Of a DNA stretch of 24,602 nucleotides, positions 1 through 9,226 are shown piece by piece. The DNA lies in NCBI GenBank assembly GCA_044356455.1, contig JBIKWF010000063.1, positions 1 to 24,602 of the forward strand. The letters are read 5' to 3'. Below the pieces are notes generated by a model. The model was not told where the DNA came from and ran no database searches. It worked only from the letters and a program-made list of their open reading frames with translations. The position numbers and the translations under genes are program-made. The stretch comes from Bdellovibrionota bacterium. GTDB lineage: Bacteria > Bdellovibrionota_C > UBA2361 > JBGSMV01. Within the stretch, counting starts at the first letter, position 1; every line of letters starts with the position of its first letter.

Positions 1-68
1 CGAATGTTCAGGATAACTAGCAATTATGCTAAGGCACGGAACTGAGCAAAATCTCGATTCTACCTCCC

Positions 69-95
69 CTCCGCGGTCTCCGTGTCTCCGCGCTA
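69..95. repeat. Degenerate REP-like arm (CTCCGCGGT-CTCCGTGT-CTCCGCG), related to the 9-bp-period intergenic repeat family
   Basis: Three CTCCGYG units at 8-9 bp spacing, with the same architecture as the CTCTGTG and CTTCGCG units at 2892, 9157 and 22243. Confidence 0.45.
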
Positions 96-243
96 ATCCC
101 TTCTTAACCCCATCTACAGAATTTCCTCGAGCATTCAAGTAGGAAGAGAGCATTGCTCTCTCTGCGTTCGCTAAGGCGGAGTGCCCGAACTGCGAGGAGG
201 CTCCAAAACATGTGGCAGTAAAAATCTCCTAAGGGAGAGACTC

Positions 244-570
244 CTAGCGGAGATCTGCGTCGTTAAAGAAGGTTCCTAAGAACGAGCGCAATATGAACAG
301 GCCCACAGATAGCCCAATGAAAGATAGAGGAAGCATAAGAGAGCGCCTGTTGTTTACGGGCGCTGCAGTGCAATCGACATTTGGGGGCTGGCTGGCGCTT
401 TCCACAGTTTGAGCAGATGAGTCGGTAGAAATCTTTCTTTTTGAAGCAAGTGGTCTACGTCCAAAGGGAACGATCAACAGAAAAATTCCGATAAGCATAC
501 TTAGCAGCATGAGAAGCGCGCCGATAGTGCCCTCGGTGTATGTCAGAACTGCGTTCAGAAATTCATCCAT
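244..570 (-). CDS. Small two-TM membrane protein, VirB2/TrbC pilin-like
   Basis: GAGGAG RBS about 10 nt upstream of ATG. Hydrophobic segment 1 (LTYTEGTIGALLMLLSMLIGIFLLIV) and segment 2 (LSFIGLSVGLFILRSFLGTFFN) are separated by a polar linker of about 40 aa. Pilin similarity is from pattern recall, not a search. Confidence 0.55.
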   Translation of the reverse strand: MDEFLNAVLTYTEGTIGALLMLLSMLIGIFLLIVPFGRRPLASKRKISTDSSAQTVESASQPPNVDCTAAPVNNRRSLMLPLSFIGLSVGLFILRSFLGTFFNDADLR

Positions 571-1148
571 CGGGTCTTAACTCCTCTCCCACTCCTTTTC
601 TTTAACTTCACGGCACCGAACCTACCCGCACAATCAGAGCCCTTATAGGCTCGCGCACGGAGCTCTCATACTTCTTGCAGTTTAGGATGGCTCTGATGTC
701 AGAAACGATGCATCCTATTCAGTTCGCATGCTCACATGGCGCAGACCAGCTGCCGCACCACCTCGCTGCTACTCTGTCCAAGTCTCACGGCAAAGGCGAA
801 AATCGGGCAATAAATTTGAATCGATCAATATTGGAGTCGAAGCTCAGCATCTCTTTTACGTGATGGAATTTAAGCTAGAGAAAGATGGTCGCATCAAAAA
901 CCACGTTCTCGCGCACAGATACGTCGTCGGCCGCCATGGCGCGTATTCCGCGGTACAGCGCCTCGGGAATAGGAATGCTCGCCTTCATAGGTTTATTACA
1001 AGATTCTTTACCGTTACTGTAGGGAGTAAATATTACTGAAATGAGGCGCTATTTTTGAGTTCCTAGTCTTTATTTCCTCGAAAAGATTCGGTAAGACCGC
1101 TCCCCAAAGGAGGCATACCGCCCCTTACCTTTGGGAGCCTTCGAGTTT

Positions 1149-1955
1149 ATGGGTATTCTAGTACGGTTCAGACGTCCTGCTGCGCTCATTGCATGTGCAG
1201 CACTGTGTTTCTCTACTGCCATCATTTCGGAAAACGCCGCAGCCGAGTGTGTTCCTTCGGAAGATACCTGCGCTCCCAAGAAAAAGGTTGGTGAGTGGGA
1301 TAGCTCCGCACTCATTGGATTTAATCTTACTCAAGGCAACAGCGAGACCACGCTTCTTACCCTTGGACTTAAGGCCGCTCTCGACAAGGACGGAAATGTT
1401 ATCGATCTCGCCGCTGACTATGGGTATGGCGAAGACAAGGCACTTGATAGCGAGGAGAATGGAGACACCTCCCGTAACGACTTTCGAGCTGCTGCGCGTT
1501 ATGATCGAATTTTGGGAGAACGCTTTTACGTTGGTTTCGGCGCAAAGTTTCTCTATGACGAAATTGCGGATGTTGATTACCGTGTGAATATGGATCCCAA
1601 CGTGGGCTATTACCTTCTTAGGGACAATAGCTTTAAGTTGCGCCTCGAGGGCGGCCCAAGTTACGTATTTGAAAAAGTCGGAGGGGAAGAGGATGACTAC
1701 TTTGCACCTCGACTTGGAGACCGCTTCGAGTGGGCCATCACCTGCACTTCAAAGATTTACCAGCAGGCTGAAGTACTCTTCGATGCCTCAGATTCAGACA
1801 ACTATTTAGTCAATGCCGAAGTCGGCATCGAAGCTGCTATTGCAACGAACCTTGCTCTGGCATTTATCATCCGCGAAACCTTTGACAATCAGCCAGCAGC
1901 CGGACGTGAGAAGGACGATCTCGCGATAATTTCTTCTCTTAAAGTTTCGCTGTAA
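1149..1955 (+). CDS. DUF481 (YdiY-like) outer-membrane beta-barrel protein
   Basis: Signal peptide ending AAA; motifs GFNLTQGNSET, YDEIADVDYR, GYYL, LEGGPSY, DNQPAAGREKDD; alternating beta-strand C-terminus. ATG 1149 preferred over TTG 1131. Confidence 0.85.
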   Translation: MGILVRFRRPAALIACAALCFSTAIISENAAAECVPSEDTCAPKKKVGEWDSSALIGFNLTQGNSETTLLTLGLKAALDKDGNVIDLAADYGYGEDKALDSEENGDTSRNDFRAAARYDRILGERFYVGFGAKFLYDEIADVDYRVNMDPNVGYYLLRDNSFKLRLEGGPSYVFEKVGGEEDDYFAPRLGDRFEWAITCTSKIYQQAEVLFDASDSDNYLVNAEVGIEAAIATNLALAFIIRETFDNQPAAGREKDDLAIISSLKVSL

Positions 1956-1973
1956 AAGCTACGTGAGCAAGGG

Positions 1974-2058
1974 ATGGGCGCGGGGGAGAGGAGCGAAAGA
2001 GCACCAACAGTTGACACTAGAGATTCTCGACTGGAGAGCCTCTCTTCACCGCGCCCGT
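1974..2058. terminator. GC-rich long stem between convergent genes, possible bidirectional terminator
   Basis: ATGGGCGCGGGGGAGAG (from 1974) pairs imperfectly with CTCTCTTCACCGCGCCCGT (2040-2058); no clear U-tract. Confidence 0.35.
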
Positions 2059-2150
2059 GAGCAATAGTTAGTTTCCAGAACAGAAAATCGTGCTCTTCCG
2101 ATTGCTTCTTGAGCTGCCTCCTTTCTAGTGGATTCGCAGCTGGTGGGCTC

Positions 2151-2723
2151 TTACTTAGTGCTCACCAGCATGTCGACGAGATTGCCACCCCCTGTCATGG
2201 GGAGAATGATGGCAACAAGCGCGAGAGCTGCGGCCGCAATTCCGACGCTTGCAAGGCCGATCCAAAGACGGTCGCCTCTCAACGTCGGCTCCGGCTCCTC
2301 GGAACCAAGCACCGCTACGGGTGATGACGCGGGCTCCGGCATTTCGTCAAAGAGCCTGCCAGCAGTCACCTGCTCTCCCTCGACCGGGCCTCCGACTGTG
2401 TCGGAAAGGTCGAGGGGGGCGTCCTCCCCGACCCTAAATTCATCGCCGGGTCGAGAACCTTCGGAGTCATCATCCATCCCTCCCGTCGCTACGGGCGGCG
2501 GCGGTGCTGGAGGCTTGCCGTCTCCAGCCTGGAACAGCCGGGTTGGCGGAGCTTCGTCGGGATGATCGGCAAGCCGATATCCCTGTTCACCTATCGGCTC
2601 TTGTTCGGTTGACGGCGCAGGGCCGTCACGTGCCAGCTCTGGGCCAGCATCCTTTTCAGATTGTGCGTGTTGGTTACTCACGGGTAAAAACCTCCTTCTT
2701 GGTGGTGCGATGAGCGGGGACAC
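2151..2723 (-). CDS. Hypothetical membrane-anchored protein with acidic, Pro-rich disordered N-terminus and C-terminal TM helix
   Basis: 190-aa ORF rich in D/E/P, followed by LWIGLASVGIAAAALALVAIIL; start codon uncertain. Confidence 0.55.
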   Translation of the reverse strand: MSPLIAPPRRRFLPVSNQHAQSEKDAGPELARDGPAPSTEQEPIGEQGYRLADHPDEAPPTRLFQAGDGKPPAPPPPVATGGMDDDSEGSRPGDEFRVGEDAPLDLSDTVGGPVEGEQVTAGRLFDEMPEPASSPVAVLGSEEPEPTLRGDRLWIGLASVGIAAAALALVAIILPMTGGGNLVDMLVSTK

Positions 2724-2857
2724 CCCCGTTCAAAAGAGCCACCAAGCGCAAACCTTATGAGTTCGCTCCTCTACCCGCAGAAAATGGTATGAGCGGGAAG
2801 CATAGCGCTGGAATGGAATTCTTCCAAACGAAAAAATTTTTCGAGTGACGGGTTATC

Positions 2858-2994
2858 TGAGGGAGCTTTTAAAATAGCCTCCCCTCTACTACACCTCTGT
2901 ATACCGCTGAGCGCTCTGTGGTGAAATTTTCACGAAGAAATTCACCACAGAGGAATCAGAGCTACACAGAGGTGAATTTTTCAGAGGTCCTTTA
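2858..2994. mobile_element. MITE/REP-like palindromic element, copy A
   Basis: Arms CACCTCTGTATACCGCTGAGCGCTCTGTGGTGAAATTT (2892-2929) and AAATTCACCACAGAGGAATCAGAGCTACACAGAGGTG (2938-2974); right end TTTTTCAGAGGTCCTTTA closely matches the right end of copy C. Confidence 0.65.
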
Positions 2995-3000
2995 TAATTT

Positions 3001-3783
3001 TTACGCGGCTCGATTGGCATGCGCCACGCGGCTCGGAGCAAGAGAGGCCCGCTTTACTGCCTCGCGCAATTTGTATACGCCTTCGGCCGTCGAGCAATCA
3101 AAGGGAGAAAAGCGATCCAGTGAGGCGTCCCTTACTTGAGGTGCGATATCGCTCCACGGATAGCTGCCGGGGAGCATCGCGCTTGCGCGCGCGGCGGGAC
3201 CGAAAGTTGCCTCTCTAAGGCACTCAGCTATCTCGGCTACCAACGGGTTATTAGAGTGAGTGTTGTTGAGAAGTGTTCCTACTGCCATGCGAACACCAGC
3301 GGGCGTTCGGAATACCTCATTAAGAAACTCTGGATACTCGCTTTTATTTGGAACAATAAAGGCCAGTACCGCAGGTGAGGCTCCCGCACCTGGGGGGAAA
3401 ATTGAGAGAGAGAATAGAGTCGCATCTGACTTCGGCTCTCTCCCGAAGAGTGCTCGCACCTTATCGAAAAGCGACGTTGTCTGGGCAGGAACGGCGCTCC
3501 TTGCCACTGCAATTATTCCGAATGCCTGGGGCGATAGATCGAACTGGAGTTCAGGTGTGCGAATTGCATGCGACCGTTTGCCTCGGTGAAGAACCTTATC
3601 TCCAGACTGAAAAAACACCGCTACTGCATCTTCAAGCGCAAACTGAAGTAGTGGATTCTGAATTTGCATCGAAGGTGCCGAAACACCCACTCTTAGAGGA
3701 GCGACAGAAGCTTCACGAGAGACTGCTCCGCTTACAAGTCCCTGCGGGGACCTCACCTCTTGATTTGGAAATTGATACGACAT
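3001..3783 (-). CDS. Hypothetical protein
   Basis: 260-aa ATG-started ORF, longest in the region; no recognisable motif. Confidence 0.65.
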   Translation of the reverse strand: MSYQFPNQEVRSPQGLVSGAVSREASVAPLRVGVSAPSMQIQNPLLQFALEDAVAVFFQSGDKVLHRGKRSHAIRTPELQFDLSPQAFGIIAVARSAVPAQTTSLFDKVRALFGREPKSDATLFSLSIFPPGAGASPAVLAFIVPNKSEYPEFLNEVFRTPAGVRMAVGTLLNNTHSNNPLVAEIAECLREATFGPAARASAMLPGSYPWSDIAPQVRDASLDRFSPFDCSTAEGVYKLREAVKRASLAPSRVAHANRAA

Positions 3784-4146
3784 ACCGCCATGCGTGAAAT
3801 TTTTGCAAAGCCTTTTCCGAGTACAGAGCTCACATGCCTAGCTCTAATACCCAGACCAAAATTGAAGAGACCCCAACTAAAAAGGCCATTCAAGCGAACC
3901 CTCTTCAAAGATTCATGCCACCTGAAGAGACATCCAACCCGTATGCTTCTCTCCCCCTATCAGGGTTTTTCGTAGAAGTGCTTCCAAAAAACTCTTAAAT
4001 ACCTGATAAAATTTGGCCCCCATGGACTCTCGCGACAGCCTCTCTAAAGAGCTGAAAAGACTCACTTATATCGAGTCTCCTGAACCCTAAGCCTCGATGA
4101 GAAGTCAAGATTCAAGGCAGGCCTCTTGGCCTTATGGAGCGCTACC

Positions 4147-4239
4147 TAAGGGACCTCTGTCATGAATTTGTTGATGTAAATTTCACCGCAGAGGTACACA
4201 GAGGTGACGTAAGACTGGGGGTTGTTAAGAGGTTCCCTA
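4147..4239. mobile_element. MITE/REP-like element, copy B (single internal arm)
   Basis: Ends TAAGGGACCTCTG and TAAGAGGTTCCCTA form an imperfect inverted repeat; internal AAATTTCACCGCAGAGGTACACAGAGGTGA matches the right arm of copy A. Confidence 0.6.
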
Positions 4240-4278
4240 TGCTTGATGTTCCAGTGTGAGAACAGCTAGCACAGCTCA

Positions 4279-5070
4279 CTACTGCGCGATGGGGAGTTCC
4301 ATACTCCCCGTAGTAACCCCAAGAAACACCATAAGCTCGTCAATTATTCTGACGATCTCGCCTGGCCACGTGCGACTATCAGCACGCATGCTGGTGACAT
4401 CTTCAAACACCAGCGGACAAGAGTAAGGAGCCTGCGCTGCCGGATGGCTGACTTGGACCGAACGGGTAAGCATATCCCAGCGAAATTGTGCGACACCAAC
4501 TCCAGCGTCGCGAGCGGCGCGCGCAAAGTTAGCAGAGAGGTAATCAACTCCACCTGCAACAAGCGCCAAATGGGTCTCATGAGCCGCAAAAAATTTACGC
4601 GCTCCAAGGTATATGCGCGCACTTGAGATCATTAAACGGCGAAGCGTCTCGAGTTGCTCTTCTGAAGTTACCTCGGGATGGTCCACTCCAAAGCGCGCGA
4701 AAAAGGAGTGCCGCACGAGGGGAAACATAGGCTGCCCCTCAAAAAGGATCCGCTCAAAATTCTGATGGGTTATGCCAAGGGACCAACGCTTGGTTGCGTT
4801 AACTTCTTCGGGACTGATGAAGGTTGAAATTTCGTGAGTAGGCAGCCCTGCCCAGCGTGCCACAGAACGCTGCTCGTGAAGGCAAGAGAAACAACTGCGA
4901 ACACCCCTGCGCCATGCATTCTCTCCGTCTCTATCACAGAGGGAAAAGGCTCCGTTACAATTGAGGGCGGAGATGGCGTAATTCGACTGCCGCAAAAAAT
5001 TCGCAAGCAGCGCGAGCACTCCGGTTTCTTCACTCGCTAGGCCATAAGGACTAAATACTAACACGCTCAT
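4279..5070 (-). CDS. Hypothetical protein resembling the N-terminal Cys-containing half of capsule-biosynthesis (KpsS-like) proteins
   Basis: GGGGAG RBS; Rossmann-like start SVLVFSPY; C-x6-C (CNGAFSLC) and CxxC (CFSC); LALVAGG...ARAARDAGVGVAQF resembles a GT-B segment. Family call is inference. Confidence 0.55.
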   Translation of the reverse strand: MSVLVFSPYGLASEETGVLALLANFLRQSNYAISALNCNGAFSLCDRDGENAWRRGVRSCFSCLHEQRSVARWAGLPTHEISTFISPEEVNATKRWSLGITHQNFERILFEGQPMFPLVRHSFFARFGVDHPEVTSEEQLETLRRLMISSARIYLGARKFFAAHETHLALVAGGVDYLSANFARAARDAGVGVAQFRWDMLTRSVQVSHPAAQAPYSCPLVFEDVTSMRADSRTWPGEIVRIIDELMVFLGVTTGSMELPIAQ

Positions 5071-5139
5071 ATACTCCCCTTGTCGCAGACCATGCCCCGA
5101 TCTTATTTGCTGCGCGGCCAGTTACTCTCGCGCTACCGG

Positions 5140-6060
5140 TCACCCAAGTGACGTAACCGAAGACATCCGTCGCGTCAGCGCTTCTCGGTACACCATAAAG
5201 GAGGCAACTTCTGGAATGGACTCGCCTCGCGAGTCTCCGGAGTGCTGACCACTTGAAGTCGCTGATCCTTTGGTCTCGCTGTTCTTCCGGTGCACTTCGA
5301 CCACTAACGGCAGCGCACTACAGCGTCCGAAGGAAAGATCTTCCAAGGCTCCCGCCCGAAAAAACCCTTCATCGAGCTGAAGTTCTTGAGAAGCTCCTGG
5401 CGCAAGCTCAACTCGCGTGAGAGGCACATGCGTCGAGGGTTTCGGAAGTCCCGCGCTTACGGAATACACAGAAGCCGAACAAGGCTCAGAGCTTCCATTC
5501 ACGATCATCAAAGAAGGAACCTGCTGTCCGTCTCGGATTGCCAGGCCGGTGGTAGGAGCACGGCGCGGCAGTGAGGATCCAGAGGCAGATGAAGTAGAAT
5601 TCGCTTCTGAAGCCTGTTCGGGAGAAGCCGTCTTTTCGGCCTCCGAGCGTCCGAGTGTTCTTGCCCGAAGTTGCCGAATAGTCTCACTAACCTCAGCCCT
5701 CATGAGCTTCTTAGGTGCAAAACGTACTGGCAGCCCTTGAGACACAATCTCAACCACACAGCCCGAGCTCGTTACATCAAGCCGGGGTTGAGGAGTTGAG
5801 ATTTCGACTTCGAGTCCAAAAACTCCACTTACCTCGCCTTTGAGCGCCGGAAACGCGTCTTCAAGGCGCAGCCCATCAGGGTGGCCCAATCGACCACCTT
5901 CGAGAACAACGGAACTACGCATTCCCCCGGGGCCAAAGAGTGTCAGCGTACAGCTCGCGGCATAAGGAGCACTTGCGTTATCAGAGGAAGGGAAAAAGTG
6001 AAGAACACTTCGACTCATCGTTTGTGCAACGCAGAATCCTAACCACTTTATGGTCTGCAT
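5140..6060 (-). CDS. Hypothetical protein, probably beta-sandwich rich
   Basis: 306-aa ORF co-directional with neighbours; alternative start at ATG 6018 (MSRSVLHFFP); strand-like motifs LTLFGPGG and LMIVNGSSEP. Confidence 0.65.
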   Translation of the reverse strand: MQTIKWLGFCVAQTMSRSVLHFFPSSDNASAPYAASCTLTLFGPGGMRSSVVLEGGRLGHPDGLRLEDAFPALKGEVSGVFGLEVEISTPQPRLDVTSSGCVVEIVSQGLPVRFAPKKLMRAEVSETIRQLRARTLGRSEAEKTASPEQASEANSTSSASGSSLPRRAPTTGLAIRDGQQVPSLMIVNGSSEPCSASVYSVSAGLPKPSTHVPLTRVELAPGASQELQLDEGFFRAGALEDLSFGRCSALPLVVEVHRKNSETKGSATSSGQHSGDSRGESIPEVASFMVYREALTRRMSSVTSLG

Positions 6061-6185
6061 AAATGAATTCCAGCCAAACTCTAATTCGTAACGACTCTCG
6101 CGCGTTTAATTCCAATCCAGAGCAGAACCAGGCAGCTCAAAGCACTATACCACCAGAGCTTTCTCCAGCTCTGGCTACCGCGGCC

Positions 6186-7163
6186 TCAGGTCACCGCAAC
6201 ATAAAGACTGCCCTCTTTAGGCCCCTGAAGTCTTTCAATCATTTGAGCGTCAATTTCGTAGTCTCCGCGCACACCAAGGCGGAGATATGCCTGCACCTGA
6301 TCCTCTAGCTCTGCTGCAAGTACTTCACCAAACTCGTGAGTGACGCTCATCACTCGAACTCCCCTCGCCGGAATATTCCACACGGCCTCTGGCGAACGCT
6401 TACCGCAGAAAAGCCTTGCTCTCACGGTAGCCTCAATAGAAGAGCGATTAAGGAGCACCACCATAGGGAAGCGCTCTTTCGACAGCACGACGGGGAAAAA
6501 GGCGCGAGAAGTGCTGGTGAGCCTCGAAGCCGCACCAAGCACGCACGAAGCTTCGCGCGTTACTATCCTTGAAGTCGCGTGCCATCCCGCAGGCAGCTCA
6601 ACTGCCGCATGAGCGTGCTTAATCCCACTCTCAATTTTGCAGCCTCCCATAAAAGGCTCGAGCTCAATCGCGGCGGGACGATGGGGGGAAATAAAGAGTT
6701 TTACAGTGTTAAACTGAGCCCCATCCGGATCAAAAAGTTTTACGGTAAGGGGAATATCAGCGACGCCTGAAAGAGTGGCATCAGCCAAGTCTCGGTCAGA
6801 ACAGTAAAAAAAGAGTACGGTCTCAAAGAAGGGACCGGAAGAGACCCATAAGTGCGCTACGCTTGCAGTTTGAGTGCGGGAAGAAGTTCGGTCTCCTCGC
6901 GCGAAATCAGAATCAGACCCATTCGAATCGGCAAGCTCAACTGCCCCCGATGTTGCCAGAACTTCTGAGGAAGAAGTCACTGAGGATGAAGTCACTGAGG
7001 ATGAAGACACTGAGGGAGAGAACACTGCCGAGGCGACCTCCGAAGAGACACCCCTACCCGCCCCTACAATAGAAGCTTGCATCGAGTCACCATGAACCGA
7101 TAGACCCGACGAATTGAGAGAACTCACAACTGACTCGGAAACTGCCACCTCCAGAACCCCCAC
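6186..7163 (-). CDS. Hypothetical protein with Ser-rich N-terminus and beta-rich domain
   Basis: 325-aa ORF; motifs VKLFDPDG and VVLLNRSSIEA parallel those of 5140-6060; start uncertain. Confidence 0.65.
   Translation of the reverse strand: MGVLEVAVSESVVSSLNSSGLSVHGDSMQASIVGAGRGVSSEVASAVFSPSVSSSSVTSSSVTSSSEVLATSGAVELADSNGSDSDFARGDRTSSRTQTASVAHLWVSSGPFFETVLFFYCSDRDLADATLSGVADIPLTVKLFDPDGAQFNTVKLFISPHRPAAIELEPFMGGCKIESGIKHAHAAVELPAGWHATSRIVTREASCVLGAASRLTSTSRAFFPVVLSKERFPMVVLLNRSSIEATVRARLFCGKRSPEAVWNIPARGVRVMSVTHEFGEVLAAELEDQVQAYLRLGVRGDYEIDAQMIERLQGPKEGSLYVAVT
6965..7015. repeat. 15-bp tandem repeat, about 3.4 copies (CTGAGGATGAAGTCA), encoding SSVTS-like units
   Basis: Units start at 6965, 6980, 6995 and (partial) 7010. 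Confidence 0.85.
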
Positions 7164-7269
7164 AAAGAGACCTAGAAAGACTGAGCGACTCAGGTACGAG
7201 CCGATTCTTAGCAGATAACCGACGTTTAAATCTAGACCAAACGCCGTTCTTTATGCTGCCTGTCGCAAA

Positions 7270-7292
7270 TTAGTTTACGCCGGTTAAACTAA
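7270..7292. promoter_or_regulatory. Perfect 8-7-8 inverted repeat, candidate operator
   Basis: TTAGTTTA-CGCCGGT-TAAACTAA, upstream of the three-gene minus-strand cluster. Confidence 0.35.
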
Positions 7293-7503
7293 CATAGCGC
7301 AGGCCCCTTGGTCATCAAGATATCGCATCTCGGAAGGGGGCGGCGAGATATGAGTTTAGTGGTCCCCGCCCTCCCACTTTTCTTTAGGAGAGGAGGGAAA
7401 AGCCGGCAGAAAGAAGCTCCCTGCCAAGCCTCAACCAGGATAGCTGATTATAGGCACAGTCTTAAGGGAACCCTGACCGGCGGTGAGCCAAGGAAGGCGG
7501 GAC

Positions 7504-8298
7504 TTAATGTTTGGGTGCTCCACCATCAGCAGAGAACTGGGGAGGCGCTTGAAAAGTATCGCGAGCAGAGGCCCTAGGAGACTCCTCGTCGATAGACCGA
7601 ATCTGGGGCAAAAGCAGAGGATACGTAGATGTGCCAAGGTGTCTCACGGGGATCCGCTCTAGAGTTCCAGGAACCGAACCTCCTCTTAGCATGCGCGCAA
7701 TCTCGCGGGATTTGGACATCTCAACCGAGCCTGCCGAAAGCACCATTGAAGTGGTAGGGTCCACCAAGCGCGCATTGAGGTAAACGCGGACGGGGCTTAC
7801 CACATACGTTCCCACGACAATCCCGCCAAGCTCCCGCTCACGTCTTACGGTCGCAATATCTCGCGACAACGCGAATTCTCCACTCGGGTTAAGAAACTGC
7901 AAAGCATCTGAATGCCTCAGTTCAATCACGTCGTAGCCTTTCATGGTAAGCTCGCTCATCAGCTGCTCCGAAACCATGCGCCCGAAGGTAGAAGTCGTGT
8001 AGAGGTCGTCAACATTGACAAAGGTGGTAATTCCTATGGGCCCAGGATTTGAGCCGCGGTAGTACTCATCTATCTGGTCGGCAAGATAGGAGGTCTTAAA
8101 GCGACCTACGGAGCCATTGTCGTAATCCTTCATTTTGAAGGGCAGGTAGGCAGGCATGTCATCGTAACGCTTGCTGCAACCAGAAAAAGTGACTACCAAA
8201 AGGGCTAGCACAAATACATGGCATAGTACTTGATGAAGAGACCTCAGAGACCCGCGATCTCGTATTGCTTGAACGAAAAGGCCCATATGCTCCTTCAT
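7504..8298 (-). CDS. FlgO-family outer-membrane lipoprotein
   Basis: Lipobox FSGC; FlgO-type motifs ITTFVNVDDL..TSTFGRMVSEQL, GEFALSRD, IVVGTY, LNARLVD, VLSAG; AGGGAG RBS. Confidence 0.8.
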   Translation of the reverse strand: MKEHMGLFVQAIRDRGSLRSLHQVLCHVFVLALLVVTFSGCSKRYDDMPAYLPFKMKDYDNGSVGRFKTSYLADQIDEYYRGSNPGPIGITTFVNVDDLYTTSTFGRMVSEQLMSELTMKGYDVIELRHSDALQFLNPSGEFALSRDIATVRRERELGGIVVGTYVVSPVRVYLNARLVDPTTSMVLSAGSVEMSKSREIARMLRGGSVPGTLERIPVRHLGTSTYPLLLPQIRSIDEESPRASARDTFQAPPQFSADGGAPKH

Positions 8299-8391
8299 AG
8301 TAACTCCCTGTCGCCACGCTCGAATCTAGAACCAATGACGGCTACCCTGTGCGCCCATCAATCTCCGATTAAGGAGAGAAGCGTCAAAATA

Positions 8392-9087
8392 ATGACGCGC
8401 GATCTCTGCCTCTCTGTCAGCACTCTGACCAAAACGCTGGCGCTTTGTTTACTCGCAAGCGTTAACTTAGGCTGTAGCAATCTCCGCCCACCATCAGCGG
8501 CAACTGCTGCCTCGTATGAGATGGAATGCAAGAACCGTGCGTACATCCGCTTGGTGCTTGAAGACTACCTAAGCACCCGATTCCATTCCGGCGGGCCCGT
8601 GAGGCTTGCGATTTTACCCTCTTCCGTACCGGCAAATCTTTCCGCATTTAGAAACGATCACCAAAGTGTTGGCGACGATTTGGCCTGGCGACTACGCAAC
8701 TCACTTGTAGCGAAGGAAGCGGCCCCCATCATTGAGGTCCTGAATCGCTACGATTGGCCGGGCAAGAAAGATGAGTTCTTTGTAGGCAATCACCAGGCGC
8801 TAGCCACCGCTCGCGAGGCTGGCTACGACCTCGTTTTGGTAAGCTACTTGGAACCTCTGCACTCATTTGATGAAATGGTGCTTTTTTCGAAGCTGATGGA
8901 AACGGAATCCGGAATTACCATTTGGAATGGGCGCTCTTCTGTCTCAAGGGAGGAGTCGCTGCTCGACCGAACCAAAGAATGGCTCGAGCTACAAAAACGA
9001 GTCCCTGCCGCCAATCGCTTCGAACCCATGCTTGAGGAAGTGGTGGCATGCGCCGTCGATGGCATTACTTCTGATGAGCCAACCTAG
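8392..9087 (+). CDS. Lipoprotein with CsgG/TolB-N-like alpha/beta domain
   Basis: Signal ending NLGC; VRLAILP...ALATAREAGYDLVLV...KLMETESGITIW pattern. ATG 8392 chosen to avoid overlap with the divergent gene. Confidence 0.65.
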   Translation: MTRDLCLSVSTLTKTLALCLLASVNLGCSNLRPPSAATAASYEMECKNRAYIRLVLEDYLSTRFHSGGPVRLAILPSSVPANLSAFRNDHQSVGDDLAWRLRNSLVAKEAAPIIEVLNRYDWPGKKDEFFVGNHQALATAREAGYDLVLVSYLEPLHSFDEMVLFSKLMETESGITIWNGRSSVSREESLLDRTKEWLELQKRVPAANRFEPMLEEVVACAVDGITSDEPT

Positions 9088-9121
9088 TGTCGTGATTTAG
9101 AGGCTCTATGAAAAACCTAAA

Positions 9122-9184
9122 TAACGCGAAGGTCGCGAAGGAATTCGAATGGCTATCTTCGCGTCCTTCGCGTCCTTCGCGTTA
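9122..9184. repeat. REP-like palindrome of 9-bp units, copy D
   Basis: TAACGCGAAGGTCGCGAAGG...CTTCGCGTCCTTCGCGTCCTTCGCGTTA between convergent genes, preceded by the TIR-like TAGAGGCTCTATGAAAAACC (9098-9117); may also act as a terminator. Confidence 0.75.
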
Positions 9185-9226
9185 AAATTGCCTTACAATC
9201 TTCAACGGAATTTGCAACTCGCGGCA

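Noticed and set aside
728..1039. 103-aa plus-strand ORF (and the 675-863 ORF)
   Set aside because: No RBS, no recognisable motif and an atypical composition; cannot be supported as a gene.
3760..3975. 71-aa ORF with loose KRP periodicity in the intergenic region
   Set aside because: Repeat too degenerate, no RBS, and it overlaps the start of the neighbouring gene.
8364..8371. TCCGATTA (and TCCGATAA at 15442 and 487) as further sigma28 -10 boxes
   Set aside because: No matching -35 element at N11 spacing; two of them lie inside CDSs.
8230..8391. Long N-terminus of the 285-aa ORF
   Set aside because: It overlaps the divergent FlgO-like gene; the signal peptide fits a start at 8392.
9122..9184. 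CRISPR interpretation of the short repeats
   Set aside because: 9-bp units in palindromic arrangement, with no unique spacers and no cas genes.
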